The position numbers and the translations under genes are program-made. A stretch of 64,000 nt of DNA from Brevundimonas sp. GTDB taxonomy: Bacteria > Pseudomonadota > Alphaproteobacteria > Caulobacterales > Caulobacteraceae. Under the pieces are notes generated by a model. It saw nothing but the letters and a program-made list of their open reading frames with translations. It had not been told where the DNA came from and did no database searches. Shown here piece by piece: positions 34,178-41,785 of the stretch (position 1 is its first letter; the number at the start of each line of letters is the position of its first letter). The DNA is taken from contig NZ_JAUSOE010000030.1 in NCBI RefSeq assembly GCF_030656255.1, forward strand, positions 8,319 through 72,318, written 5' to 3'.

Positions 34178-34263
34178 GCGGTGCATAGTCGCTTGGTCGA
34201 GCGAGCGGCTTCTCTAATGGCAGGCGCGCCGCATCGCAAGCGGTCTGTGAAAGAAATCGGACG

Positions 34264-35214
34264 CTATCTTTGCGCGGGCAGGGACAGGCCCGGCGCGGCG
34301 CCGGTCTGGGGATCGACGCCCTTGAATCGAAACAGTTCGGCCGGGCGTCCGCCGGTGGCAGAGGACAGGCGTCCGGTCGGTTCGACCAGGCCCGTGCGTT
34401 CGACGCCGCGCCGGAAATTCTGCTTGTGCAGCACCAGGCCCGAGACGGCCTCAGCGGCGGCCTGGAGCTCTGACAGGGTGAAGAGACCGGGCGTCAGGTC
34501 GAACAGGACCGGGCGGTATTTCAGCTTGCTGCGCAGCCGACCGAGACCGGTCGCCAGGATGCGGCGGTGGTCCGATCCCATGGGCGCGCCGGGCAGAAGG
34601 GCGGCGGCGTCGGGCGGTGTCTGGCGCGCGTCGCGCCAGGCCTCGGCGACCAGTCTCGCCTCGTACAGAAGCTCATAGCGTTCCAGCACCCGTTCCTCGT
34701 TCCAACGGTGGTCGGGCGTCAGGGCGAACAGGGCGCGGGCGCGGGCCGTGCGGCGGTCGTCGGCGCCGGCCCAACGGGTCAGTCCCTCGATCAGGGTCGC
34801 GTGCAGGGCGGGGCTGTCGGTCCGACGATCCTCCCAGGGGAAGAAGTCGAATACGGCGTCCCAATGCGCGTCATGGGTCTGGCCCTGGGCCGCGTCCGGC
34901 GTCAGGGCCAGATAGCCGACCGAGACCTCGCGCCTCTGGTCGGGGGTGGGGGTGGCGCGGGGGGTGGCGCGGCCCGCGTCGCCGAAGGTGTAGAGCTGTT
35001 CGACAAAGCCCAGGCGGAAGCCCGTCTGATCGGTCACGAAGTCGCGCAGGGCCCGTTCGAAGGTCCGGTCGCGCGCGGGATCGAACGGGCCGAAGGGCAG
35101 GGCGCGGGCGCCGTCCTCGCTCTGGGTCGTCAGAACCACGGCCCGACGGTCCTTCAGCGCCATGACGACGACCGACAGGCCGATGCGCACGCCCTGATCC
35201 GCCGGTCCCGCCAT
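34264..35214 (-). CDS. NrtR-like regulator (degenerate Nudix domain plus C-terminal winged helix)
   Basis: The C-terminus LFTLSELQAAAEAVSGLVLHKQNFRRGVERTGLVEPTG...GGRPAELFRF matches the NrtR wHTH pattern. The Nudix box is degenerate (GPFDPARDRTFERALRDFVTDQTG). Start at MAGPADQ (35214), 2 nt after the upstream stop. Confidence 0.6.
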   Translation of the reverse strand: MAGPADQGVRIGLSVVVMALKDRRAVVLTTQSEDGARALPFGPFDPARDRTFERALRDFVTDQTGFRLGFVEQLYTFGDAGRATPRATPTPDQRREVSVGYLALTPDAAQGQTHDAHWDAVFDFFPWEDRRTDSPALHATLIEGLTRWAGADDRRTARARALFALTPDHRWNEERVLERYELLYEARLVAEAWRDARQTPPDAAALLPGAPMGSDHRRILATGLGRLRSKLKYRPVLFDLTPGLFTLSELQAAAEAVSGLVLHKQNFRRGVERTGLVEPTGRLSSATGGRPAELFRFKGVDPQTGAAPGLSLPAQR

Positions 35215-35216
35215 GC

Positions 35217-35900
35217 CTATTCCGTGTGCCAGGCGTCGTCGGCGGGCAGGAGGCCGACCGCCTTGGCCAGGACCTGATAGCGTTCCAGATAGCGGGCCTG
35301 GGCGATGGAGGCGGGCTGGGGCTCGATGATCAGGCTGTATCCCGGCGGGGGCGAGCCGAAGAAGCCCAGGGATTCCTTTTCGTTGAACCCGGCCAACTGC
35401 GTCGCCTCGAAATAGGCGCTGGCCTTGTCGGCCTTCTTGATCAGGGGCTTGATGGTCTGCGGCGTCTTGGGCGGCAGGCCGTAGCGGACGTGGATGGCGG
35501 CCTCCAGCCGCGCCTCGAAATCCTTGTAGCCTTCGCCCAGCGCCGCCTTGAACGGCGAGATCATGTCGCCGATCACATATTCCGAGGCGTCGTGAAGCAG
35601 GGCGGCGAGACGCCATTTGGGATCCAGGCCCGGCTTGATGTGGGCGGCGATCTCTTCGACCACGACACTGTGCTGGGCGACCGAAAAGGCGTGTTCGCCG
35701 ATCGTCTGGCCGTTCCAGCGCGCGACGCGGGCCAGGCCGTGGGCGATGTCCTCGATCTCGATGTCGAAGGGCGAGGGGTCGAGCAGGTCCAGGCGTCGGC
35801 CCGACAGCATGCGCTGCCAGGCGCGGACTTCGGTCTTCTTCTTGGGGCGCTCGGCCAAATCGTCGATCCTGATGGCGTGTGGGCTGGTCAGGTGACGCAA
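35217..35900 (-). CDS. HD-domain phosphohydrolase (YfbR-like)
   Basis: IEDIAHGLARVARWNGQT...FSVAQHSVVVEEIA...AALLHDASEYVIGDMISP shows the H...HD...D metal-binding pattern. Confidence 0.7.
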   Translation of the reverse strand: MRHLTSPHAIRIDDLAERPKKKTEVRAWQRMLSGRRLDLLDPSPFDIEIEDIAHGLARVARWNGQTIGEHAFSVAQHSVVVEEIAAHIKPGLDPKWRLAALLHDASEYVIGDMISPFKAALGEGYKDFEARLEAAIHVRYGLPPKTPQTIKPLIKKADKASAYFEATQLAGFNEKESLGFFGSPPPGYSLIIEPQPASIAQARYLERYQVLAKAVGLLPADDAWHTE

Positions 35901-35970
35901 AGCGGCGCGGGGATCAAGGCGGCAGGGTCGAATCGCATCGGCCGGCGCCGCAAATCGGCGTGGAAAACCG

Positions 35971-36780
35971 TCAGTTCCCGACGTTCAACGCGACCAGGTC
36001 CTTGGCGGACTCGAACACCCGGTCGGTCGTGGCCTTGGACCGCACAGTGGCGATGACCAGGGGGCCGCCGACCGGACCGCGCGCCACGAACCCCACCTGA
36101 CGCCAGGCGCCGGCCTCGACATTGTCGTCGGCGAGCAGGAAGGTCATGCGGGTGGCGTCGCCGGGCGCCTGGGTGCGGACCTGGGTGGTTTCGCCGTCGG
36201 ACTGAATGCTGACGTTGCTGGTTTCGGTGCGAACGCCCTGGCCGTCCTTGGACTGGATGTTGATGCCGGCGATGCGGACGGAGGCGTTGTCGCCCTGGGT
36301 CTCGATATGGATGCCGGGCAAGCTGACGGTGGCGTCTTCGCCCCTGGTCCTGATGTTGACGCCGGGCGCCTCGACCGACGTCTTCTCTTCGCCCGCTTCA
36401 CGCTCGCGGGCGTCGATCCGCACCGCCGCCTGGGGCATTTCGGCGGACAGGCGGCGTTCGTAGTCCAGCAGCACCTGATCGGCCGAACGCCCGTCCAGCT
36501 TCACCAGATAGAGAACGACCTCTGACCCGCGCGGCCCGCCATAGGTGCAGGATCCGCCGCCGGGGCTGGCCGATCCCTTGCGGGTCAGGACGTTCAAGGC
36601 GTCCGGGCATTGCAGGCCGTCCACCACCTTCAGCACGCCCAACGGCGTATCGTCCTGCGAGGCGGTCGTGGTGGTGGTGATGCGGACCGCGTTTTCGCCG
36701 TCGCAGGCCGCCAGGCCGGCGCTGAGGCTTGCGGCCATAAGGCCGGCGGTCAGAAGACGATACGGGGCGGTAACGCTCAT
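35971..36780 (-). CDS. Hypothetical lipoprotein with short beta-strand repeats
   Basis: Start at MSVTAPYRLLTAGLMAASLSAGLAAC (lipobox). It has repeats GVNIRTRGEDATVSL / GIHIETQGDNASVRI / GINIQSKDGQGVRTE. No family was recognised. Confidence 0.5.
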   Translation of the reverse strand: MSVTAPYRLLTAGLMAASLSAGLAACDGENAVRITTTTTASQDDTPLGVLKVVDGLQCPDALNVLTRKGSASPGGGSCTYGGPRGSEVVLYLVKLDGRSADQVLLDYERRLSAEMPQAAVRIDAREREAGEEKTSVEAPGVNIRTRGEDATVSLPGIHIETQGDNASVRIAGINIQSKDGQGVRTETSNVSIQSDGETTQVRTQAPGDATRMTFLLADDNVEAGAWRQVGFVARGPVGGPLVIATVRSKATTDRVFESAKDLVALNVGN

Positions 36781-36836
36781 GTTCGCTATTGTGGGCGCTG
36801 GGGGGCGTCGATCCAGTGAAATCGCGGTAATGCCGA

Positions 36837-37697
36837 TCAACCGCCCGGGCGGCCGCCGTCGCGCCGACCCAGGAAGGCCAGCCGTTCGAACAGGTGAATG
36901 TCCTGTTCGTTCTTCAGCAGGGCGCCGTGCAGTGGTGGGATTAGTTTGTTCGGCGTCTTTTCCCTCAGGGTCTCCGCGTCGATATCCTCGACCAGCAGCA
37001 GCTTCAGCCAGTCCAGCAGTTCCGAGGTCGAGGGCTTCTTCTTCAGGCCCGGCGTGTCGCGGATCTCGTAGAAGGTCTTCAGCGCCTCAGCGACCAGGCG
37101 CGGTTTGATGCCGGGGAAGTGGACATCGACGATGGCCGACAGGGTGTCGGCGTCCGGGAAGCGGATGTAGTGGAAGAAACAGCGACGCAAGAAGGCGTCC
37201 GGCAGCTCCTTCTCATTGTTCGAGGTGATGATGACGATGGGGCGGATCTCGGCCCGGATCGTCTCGTCGATCTCCTGGACATAGAATTCCATCCGATCGA
37301 GCTCCTGCAGGAGATCATTGGGGAATTCGATATCGGCCTTGTCGATTTCGTCGATCAGCAGGACGGGGCGAGCGGGGGCGGTGAAGGCCTCCCACAGTTT
37401 GCCTTTTTTTAGATAGTTGCGGACGTCGTGAACGCGTGCGTCGCCCAATTGGCTGTCGCGCAGGCGGCTGACCGCGTCATATTCATACAGGCCGTTGTGC
37501 GCCTTGGTGGTCGATTTGACGTGCCAGGTGATCAGGGGCGCGTCGAAGGCCTTGGCGATCTCATAGGCCAGAACCGTCTTGCCCGTGCCGGGTTCGCCCT
37601 TGATCAGCAGAGGCCGTTCCAGCGCCACGGCGGCGTTGACCGCGACCTTGAGGTCGGCGGTGGCGATGTAGCGATCGGTGCCTTCGAACCGGCTCAT
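36837..37697 (-). CDS. MoxR/CbbQ-type AAA+ ATPase
   Basis: RPLLIKGEPGTGKTVLAYEIA (Walker A), VLLIDEIDKAD (Walker B), and a single AAA module of 286 aa. Confidence 0.85.
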   Translation of the reverse strand: MSRFEGTDRYIATADLKVAVNAAVALERPLLIKGEPGTGKTVLAYEIAKAFDAPLITWHVKSTTKAHNGLYEYDAVSRLRDSQLGDARVHDVRNYLKKGKLWEAFTAPARPVLLIDEIDKADIEFPNDLLQELDRMEFYVQEIDETIRAEIRPIVIITSNNEKELPDAFLRRCFFHYIRFPDADTLSAIVDVHFPGIKPRLVAEALKTFYEIRDTPGLKKKPSTSELLDWLKLLLVEDIDAETLREKTPNKLIPPLHGALLKNEQDIHLFERLAFLGRRDGGRPGG

Positions 37698-37760
37698 GAA
37701 AAACCCGCTCCGTGAATGTCACGAAGCGGGTTAGCGGATCGGCTCGGATATGAACAGCGA

Positions 37761-37958
37761 TCAGGTGATGTGTTTGGCCGACACCGGGTCGCTGGCGGGG
37801 AAGGTCTCTTCAATACCTTCATCCACCAAGGCCTCTTCGCGGCTTTCGGCGTCCTGAACCTTGTCCTTCAGTTGGTCGGTCTTGCCCTCTTCGGCGACGA
37901 TTCGTTTCGCATAGGGGGTGTCGGTGGAGGAGTCGGCCTTGGCGTGGGGATCGTTCAT
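37761..37958 (-). CDS. Small conserved hypothetical protein (ETFPASDP motif)
   Basis: 65 aa, hydrophilic, with a C-terminal EETFPASDPVS motif seen in small alphaproteobacterial stress-associated proteins (from memory). It is probably co-transcribed with 37983..38420. Confidence 0.55.
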   Translation of the reverse strand: MNDPHAKADSSTDTPYAKRIVAEEGKTDQLKDKVQDAESREEALVDEGIEETFPASDPVSAKHIT

Positions 37959-37982
37959 GTCATCTCCTTGGGGATCGGCGCG

Positions 37983-38420
37983 TCATGGCGCCGGGTCGGG
38001 GTTTTGTTCGGGCGCGTAGCCCAGTTGTTCGATGTCGTCGTCGTCGAGGCGTTTGGATTCCCAATGGGCGGCGCTGGCCTGGGCCCCGCGCTCGTTCTCC
38101 ATCAGGCCGGAATAGACCAGCTCGACCTCGTCATCCGCGCGCAGGTCATTGCTGTCGGCGTCTGACTGGCTCAGGGTTTCGCCATCCAGGCCCAGCAGAG
38201 CGTCAGCCTCGCGCTCGATCCCGTCGAGCGCGAGTTGATCGTCGATATCGAGGTCGTCCTCGTCGAAATCATCCTCGTCGGCGTCGCCGTCCGCCTGGGT
38301 GACGTCAAGCACTTGATCCGCCTCATCCAGCAGGATGTCGCCTTCACCCTCGTCGTCGATATGGGTCTCGTCGAAGACTTCCGACTGCTCCTGGTCGTCC
38401 TGGTAATCATTGTCCGGCAT
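37983..38420 (-). CDS. Highly acidic hypothetical protein (145 aa, Asp/Glu-rich)
   Basis: GAGGAGG RBS 7 nt before the ATG. It sits downstream of a GGAAC-N16-CGTT promoter. Composition is low-complexity acidic. No family was recognised. Confidence 0.55.
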   Translation of the reverse strand: MPDNDYQDDQEQSEVFDETHIDDEGEGDILLDEADQVLDVTQADGDADEDDFDEDDLDIDDQLALDGIEREADALLGLDGETLSQSDADSNDLRADDEVELVYSGLMENERGAQASAAHWESKRLDDDDIEQLGYAPEQNPDPAP

Positions 38421-38443
38421 GTCCGCCTCCTCTGAGAATGGGA

Positions 38444-38468
38444 AACGTCAGGCGGGGTTAGGTGTTCC
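38444..38468 (-). promoter_or_regulatory. General-stress (EcfG/SigT-type) promoter
   Basis: The minus strand reads GGAAC-acctaaccccgcctga-CGTT, an exact match to GGAAC-N16-CGTT. CGTT ends 23 nt before the ATG at 38420. Confidence 0.6.
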
Positions 38469-38576
38469 AGCGTGCCGGAGGAACAAGAGATGGTTAACCC
38501 TCTGGCGTTAAGGTTCGACTCATCAGGTGCGGTCCAAGATTGATCGGTTCCGCCCGATTGGGGAGTTCGGTCGTCC

Positions 38577-38999
38577 ATGGCGTTGAAGCTGTCGTTGAAA
38601 CCCGGCGAGCGATTCGTGTTGAACGGCGCGGTGGTCCAGAACGGCGACCGTCGCGGGGTTCTGATCCTTCAGAACCGCGCCAGCGTGCTGCGTGAGAAGG
38701 ACATCATGCAGGCGGAGGAGGTCACCACCCCCGCTCGACGGATCTATTTCCCGATCATGATGATGTATCTGGAAGAGGCTTCTGCGGCGAAATTCTACGA
38801 CGAATTGGCGCTTCGGATCACCGAGTTCATGGGCGCGACCAAGAACCCCGCCATTCTCGCCGAATGCGTCTCGGCCTCGCGTCACGTTCTGGCGCGCGAA
38901 TACTACAAGGCCCTGATGGCGGCCCGTAAGATTGTCGAATACGAAGAAAAGGTTCTGAATGTCGCTTCAAGCTTACAAAGCGGCGACGTCGCGGGCTGA
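38577..38999 (+). CDS. flbT: Flagellin synthesis repressor FlbT
   Basis: [45 protein letters not shown]...[13 protein letters not shown] is almost the same as Caulobacter FlbT as remembered. Confidence 0.9.
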   Translation: MALKLSLKPGERFVLNGAVVQNGDRRGVLILQNRASVLREKDIMQAEEVTTPARRIYFPIMMMYLEEASAAKFYDELALRITEFMGATKNPAILAECVSASRHVLAREYYKALMAARKIVEYEEKVLNVASSLQSGDVAG

Positions 39000-39324
39000 A
39001 ACGCCGCGCGACATGGAGTACCGGCTCTTCGGCCAGGTCACTCGCGCGCTGGTGCATGCCTCGACGGTCGATGAACGGGACCTGGCCACGCGTATTGATG
39101 CGCTGGATTGGAACCGGCGTCTGTGGTCGACTCTGGCCTCAGACTGCGGCGATCCCGCCAATGTGCTGCCGACGCCGCTGCGTGCGCAGATCATTTCCCT
39201 GAGCCTGTTCGTCAATCGCCACTCCTCCGCTGTCATGCGGGGCGAAGAGACGTTCCAGGACCTGATCGACATCAACCGCATGATGATGCAGGGGCTGGCG
39301 CCGGGCGCGCAGCAGGCGGCCTGA
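38959..39324 (+). CDS. flaF: Flagellar biosynthesis regulator FlaF
   Basis: [31 protein letters not shown]...[11 protein letters not shown]...[22 protein letters not shown] is the FlaF family pattern. It overlaps the flbT 3' end by 41 nt. Confidence 0.9.
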   Translation: MSLQAYKAATSRAETPRDMEYRLFGQVTRALVHASTVDERDLATRIDALDWNRRLWSTLASDCGDPANVLPTPLRAQIISLSLFVNRHSSAVMRGEETFQDLIDINRMMMQGLAPGAQQAA

Positions 39325-39382
39325 GCGCGACTGACTTCACGAAATCGCGAAGTCTATTGCTGCAAGCTGTTGAACCAACCTA

Positions 39383-39489
39383 CCTTTCGAATCCCTGTTG
39401 AACAGTCGAAAGGAGGTGATCCAGTGTCTCATTGTCATCAATCGCGTGCGGTGGCCGCGACCCTGGTCCTCGGAGAGGTCCGGGCCTGA
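39383..39489 (+). other. Orphan leader-like element: hairpin, hyper-extended Shine-Dalgarno sequence and a 21-codon ORF
   Basis: Stem CCTTTCGA (39383-90) / TCGAAAGG (39406-13). GAAAGGAGGTGATCCAG (39408-24) is complementary to the 16S 3' end. GTG at 39424 opens MSHCHQSRAVAATLVLGEVRA* (stop 39487-89). Confidence 0.4.
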
Positions 39490-39576
39490 CCTTTTGGTTG
39501 GCGCTTACACCCTCCAGGGTGTTTGAGCGCTATTCAGGCTGAGTTGCGGTCCGGCCGTTCGCGGTCAGACAATGAA

Positions 39577-39606
39577 GGGCCGTCGCGGCGACGCGGCGGC
39601 CCTTTT
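39577..39606 (+). terminator. Intrinsic terminator (usable in both directions) between the leader-like element and exoD
   Basis: GGGCCGTCGCG-gcga-CGCGGCGGCCC (one mismatch) followed by TTTTG. It lies 9 nt beyond the exoD stop on the other strand. Confidence 0.6.
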
Positions 39607-39614
39607 GTATGGTT

Positions 39615-40253
39615 TCAATGGAAGATCTGGGCGAGCCAGCCGGCGGCGTGGTGAGCCACTTCGAAAACCGTGCGCCAGATCAGGAACAGATACAGGGCGC
39701 AGCCCCCGGTCGCGAGCGCGCCCAGCAGGATGGCGATCCCGTCCCTCTGCATCATGCCCAGGGCGAAGAAGACCAGGGCGATGCCGGGCAGGGCGTCGCC
39801 GAACGGGATCGGCAGAGCCATGATCAGCGCCAGGATCACGCAGACCAGACCGGTGACCGTATCGGCCACCTCGCCGGTCAGGAACGGAATACGTGGTCGG
39901 GTCAGGTTCTCGACGTAGCGGACAGTCTTCATGATCCGCGACACGCCGGCGCGATAGGCCGCGCGACTGATCGATGTGCGAAGCGCCCAGCGTGGGAGCC
40001 AGATCGAATCGCGCTGAAAGGCCAGTTCCAACGACATCAGTATGATGGGCACCGCGAACACCGCCTTGCCGCCCGGCGGCCAAGGCAGCAGGGCTAGCAT
40101 GGAGAGGATCAGGATCATGGCCCCGAAGCCGCGCTCGCCGAAAGCGGCGACCAGCTCCTCGAGCTTCAACTTGGGATCGTCGCCTTCGCCAAGCTCCTCG
40201 ATCACGTCCGAGAAGAGCCGCAGGTCGTCGTTCGAAGGCGGTTGGGCGGGCAT
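39615..40253 (-). CDS. exoD: Exopolysaccharide synthesis protein ExoD family
   Basis: LEELVAAFGERGFGAMILILSMLALLPWPPGGKAVFAVPIILMSLELAFQRDSIWLPRW is the ExoD family pattern, with 4-5 TM segments. Confidence 0.8.
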   Translation of the reverse strand: MPAQPPSNDDLRLFSDVIEELGEGDDPKLKLEELVAAFGERGFGAMILILSMLALLPWPPGGKAVFAVPIILMSLELAFQRDSIWLPRWALRTSISRAAYRAGVSRIMKTVRYVENLTRPRIPFLTGEVADTVTGLVCVILALIMALPIPFGDALPGIALVFFALGMMQRDGIAILLGALATGGCALYLFLIWRTVFEVAHHAAGWLAQIFH

Positions 40254-40353
40254 CAGCGCGGCTCGGGGAAGGGGTTCGCGCCATGTAGGCGCACAGAGGT
40301 TTCACCGCCACTTACCGAACGGCAACAAAGCCGAATAATCGCACCGGAGGCGA

Positions 40354-40542
40354 TTATTTCTTCGCCGCGTGCTCGGGTTTGCCCTTCCGCTTGGTGTGGG
40401 CGAAGTCCTCAAGCTGTTTCTCGGTCATGGACTCGACCATCGACTTGGACGCGCCCTTTAGTTCGGACTTGGGCGTATCGCCGCGCTTGGCCGACAGGGC
40501 GGCGCCGGCGGCCTTCTGCTGGGCTGCGGATTTGGCAGGCAT
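40354..40542 (-). CDS. DUF3008 small basic protein
   Basis: MPAKSAAQQKAAGAALSAKRGDTPKSELKGASKSMVESMTEKQLEDFA is the conserved DUF3008 pattern (from memory). Confidence 0.7.
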   Translation of the reverse strand: MPAKSAAQQKAAGAALSAKRGDTPKSELKGASKSMVESMTEKQLEDFAHTKRKGKPEHAAKK

Positions 40543-40572
40543 GGGATGTCTCCTTCCGCCCGGAAGAAGCCG

Positions 40573-41742
40573 TCAGCCGCCCAGCAGTTCCCGACCGATC
40601 AGGAAGCGCCGGATCTCGTTGGTGCCGGCGCCGATGTCGTAGAGCTTGGCGTCGCGGACCAGGCGTTCGACCGGCCATTCCCTGGTGTAGCCTGCGCCGC
40701 CCAGGGCCTGGACGGCCTCAAGCGTGACCTTCACCGCGTTTTCGGACGCCAGCAGGATGGCGCCTGCGGCGTCGTAGCGGGTCGTCAGACCGGCGTCGCA
40801 GGCACGGGCGACCGAATAAACATAGGCGCGCGCGCTGTTCAGGGCGACGTACATGTCCGCCACCTTGCCCTGCATCAGTTGGAATGAGCCGATCGGCCGG
40901 CCGAACTGCTGGCGGTCGCGAATATAGGGTAGGACGACGTCCAGCGCGGCCTGCATGATGCCCAAGGGGCCGGCCGCCAGGACCGCGCGCTCGTAATCCA
41001 GACCGCTCATCAGAACGCCGGCGCCGCCCCCCACCGGTCCCATGATGTTCTCTTCCGGCACTTCGCAGTCCTCGAACACCAGTTCGGCGGTGTCCGAGCC
41101 ACGCATGCCCATCTTGTCCAACTTCTTGGAGACGCTGAATCCCTTCATGCCTTTTTCGATCAGGAAGGCGGTGCAGCCCTTTGATCCGGCGTCGGGGTCA
41201 GTCTTGGCGTAGACGACCAGGGTGTCGGCATGGGGGGCGTTGGTGATCCAGAACTTGGTCCCGTTCAGGACGTAACGATCCCCCTTTTTGTCCGCGCGCG
41301 TCCGCATCGACATCACGTCAGACCCGGACCCGGCCTCGGACATGGCCAGGGCGCCGACATGTTCGCCGCTGATCAGCCGGGGCAGATAGGCCTGCTTCTG
41401 CTCGGGCGTGCCCCAGCGCCGGATCTGGTTGACGCACAGGTTGGAGTGGGCGCCGTAGCTAAGGCCGATGGAGGCCGAGGCGCGTGACACCTCTTCCATC
41501 GCCACGACATGTTCCAGATAGCCCAGGCCGAGACCGCCGTAGTCTTCCTCGACGGTGATTCCATGCAGGCCCAACGCGCCCATTTCGGGCCAGAGGTCGC
41601 GACGAAACTCGTTCTTGTCGTCTATTTCGGCGGCCAGAGGCGCGAGCCGGTCGGCGGCCCAGCGGGCGGTCGTATCGCGAATCGCGTCGGCGTTTTCGCC
41701 GAGGCTGAATTCCATGGATTGCGGCGCGAAGGGAATGCTCAT
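40573..41742 (-). CDS. ivd: Isovaleryl-CoA dehydrogenase
   Basis: [31 protein letters not shown]...[38 protein letters not shown]...[14 protein letters not shown]...[12 protein letters not shown]. The start is uncertain: 41715, 41742 and 41766 are all possible. Confidence 0.85.
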   Translation of the reverse strand: MSIPFAPQSMEFSLGENADAIRDTTARWAADRLAPLAAEIDDKNEFRRDLWPEMGALGLHGITVEEDYGGLGLGYLEHVVAMEEVSRASASIGLSYGAHSNLCVNQIRRWGTPEQKQAYLPRLISGEHVGALAMSEAGSGSDVMSMRTRADKKGDRYVLNGTKFWITNAPHADTLVVYAKTDPDAGSKGCTAFLIEKGMKGFSVSKKLDKMGMRGSDTAELVFEDCEVPEENIMGPVGGGAGVLMSGLDYERAVLAAGPLGIMQAALDVVLPYIRDRQQFGRPIGSFQLMQGKVADMYVALNSARAYVYSVARACDAGLTTRYDAAGAILLASENAVKVTLEAVQALGGAGYTREWPVERLVRDAKLYDIGAGTNEIRRFLIGRELLGG

Positions 41743-41785
41743 GCTCAAAGGGGTAGCATCGCGCATCCCCTTTCGCAAAACAGTC

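Noticed and set aside
38479-38508. A plus-strand GGAAC...CGTT in the flbT upstream region, considered as a second stress promoter.
   Set aside because: The spacer is 21 nt instead of 16-17.
39408-39424. The 17-mer interpreted as a stray fragment of a 16S rRNA gene.
   Set aside because: Identity stops exactly at the 17 nt. The flanks (tcgaa... / ...tgtctcattg) do not continue the 16S sequence (which would read ...CCGCAGGTTCC). The element is on the mRNA-sense (complementary) strand, with a correctly spaced GTG.
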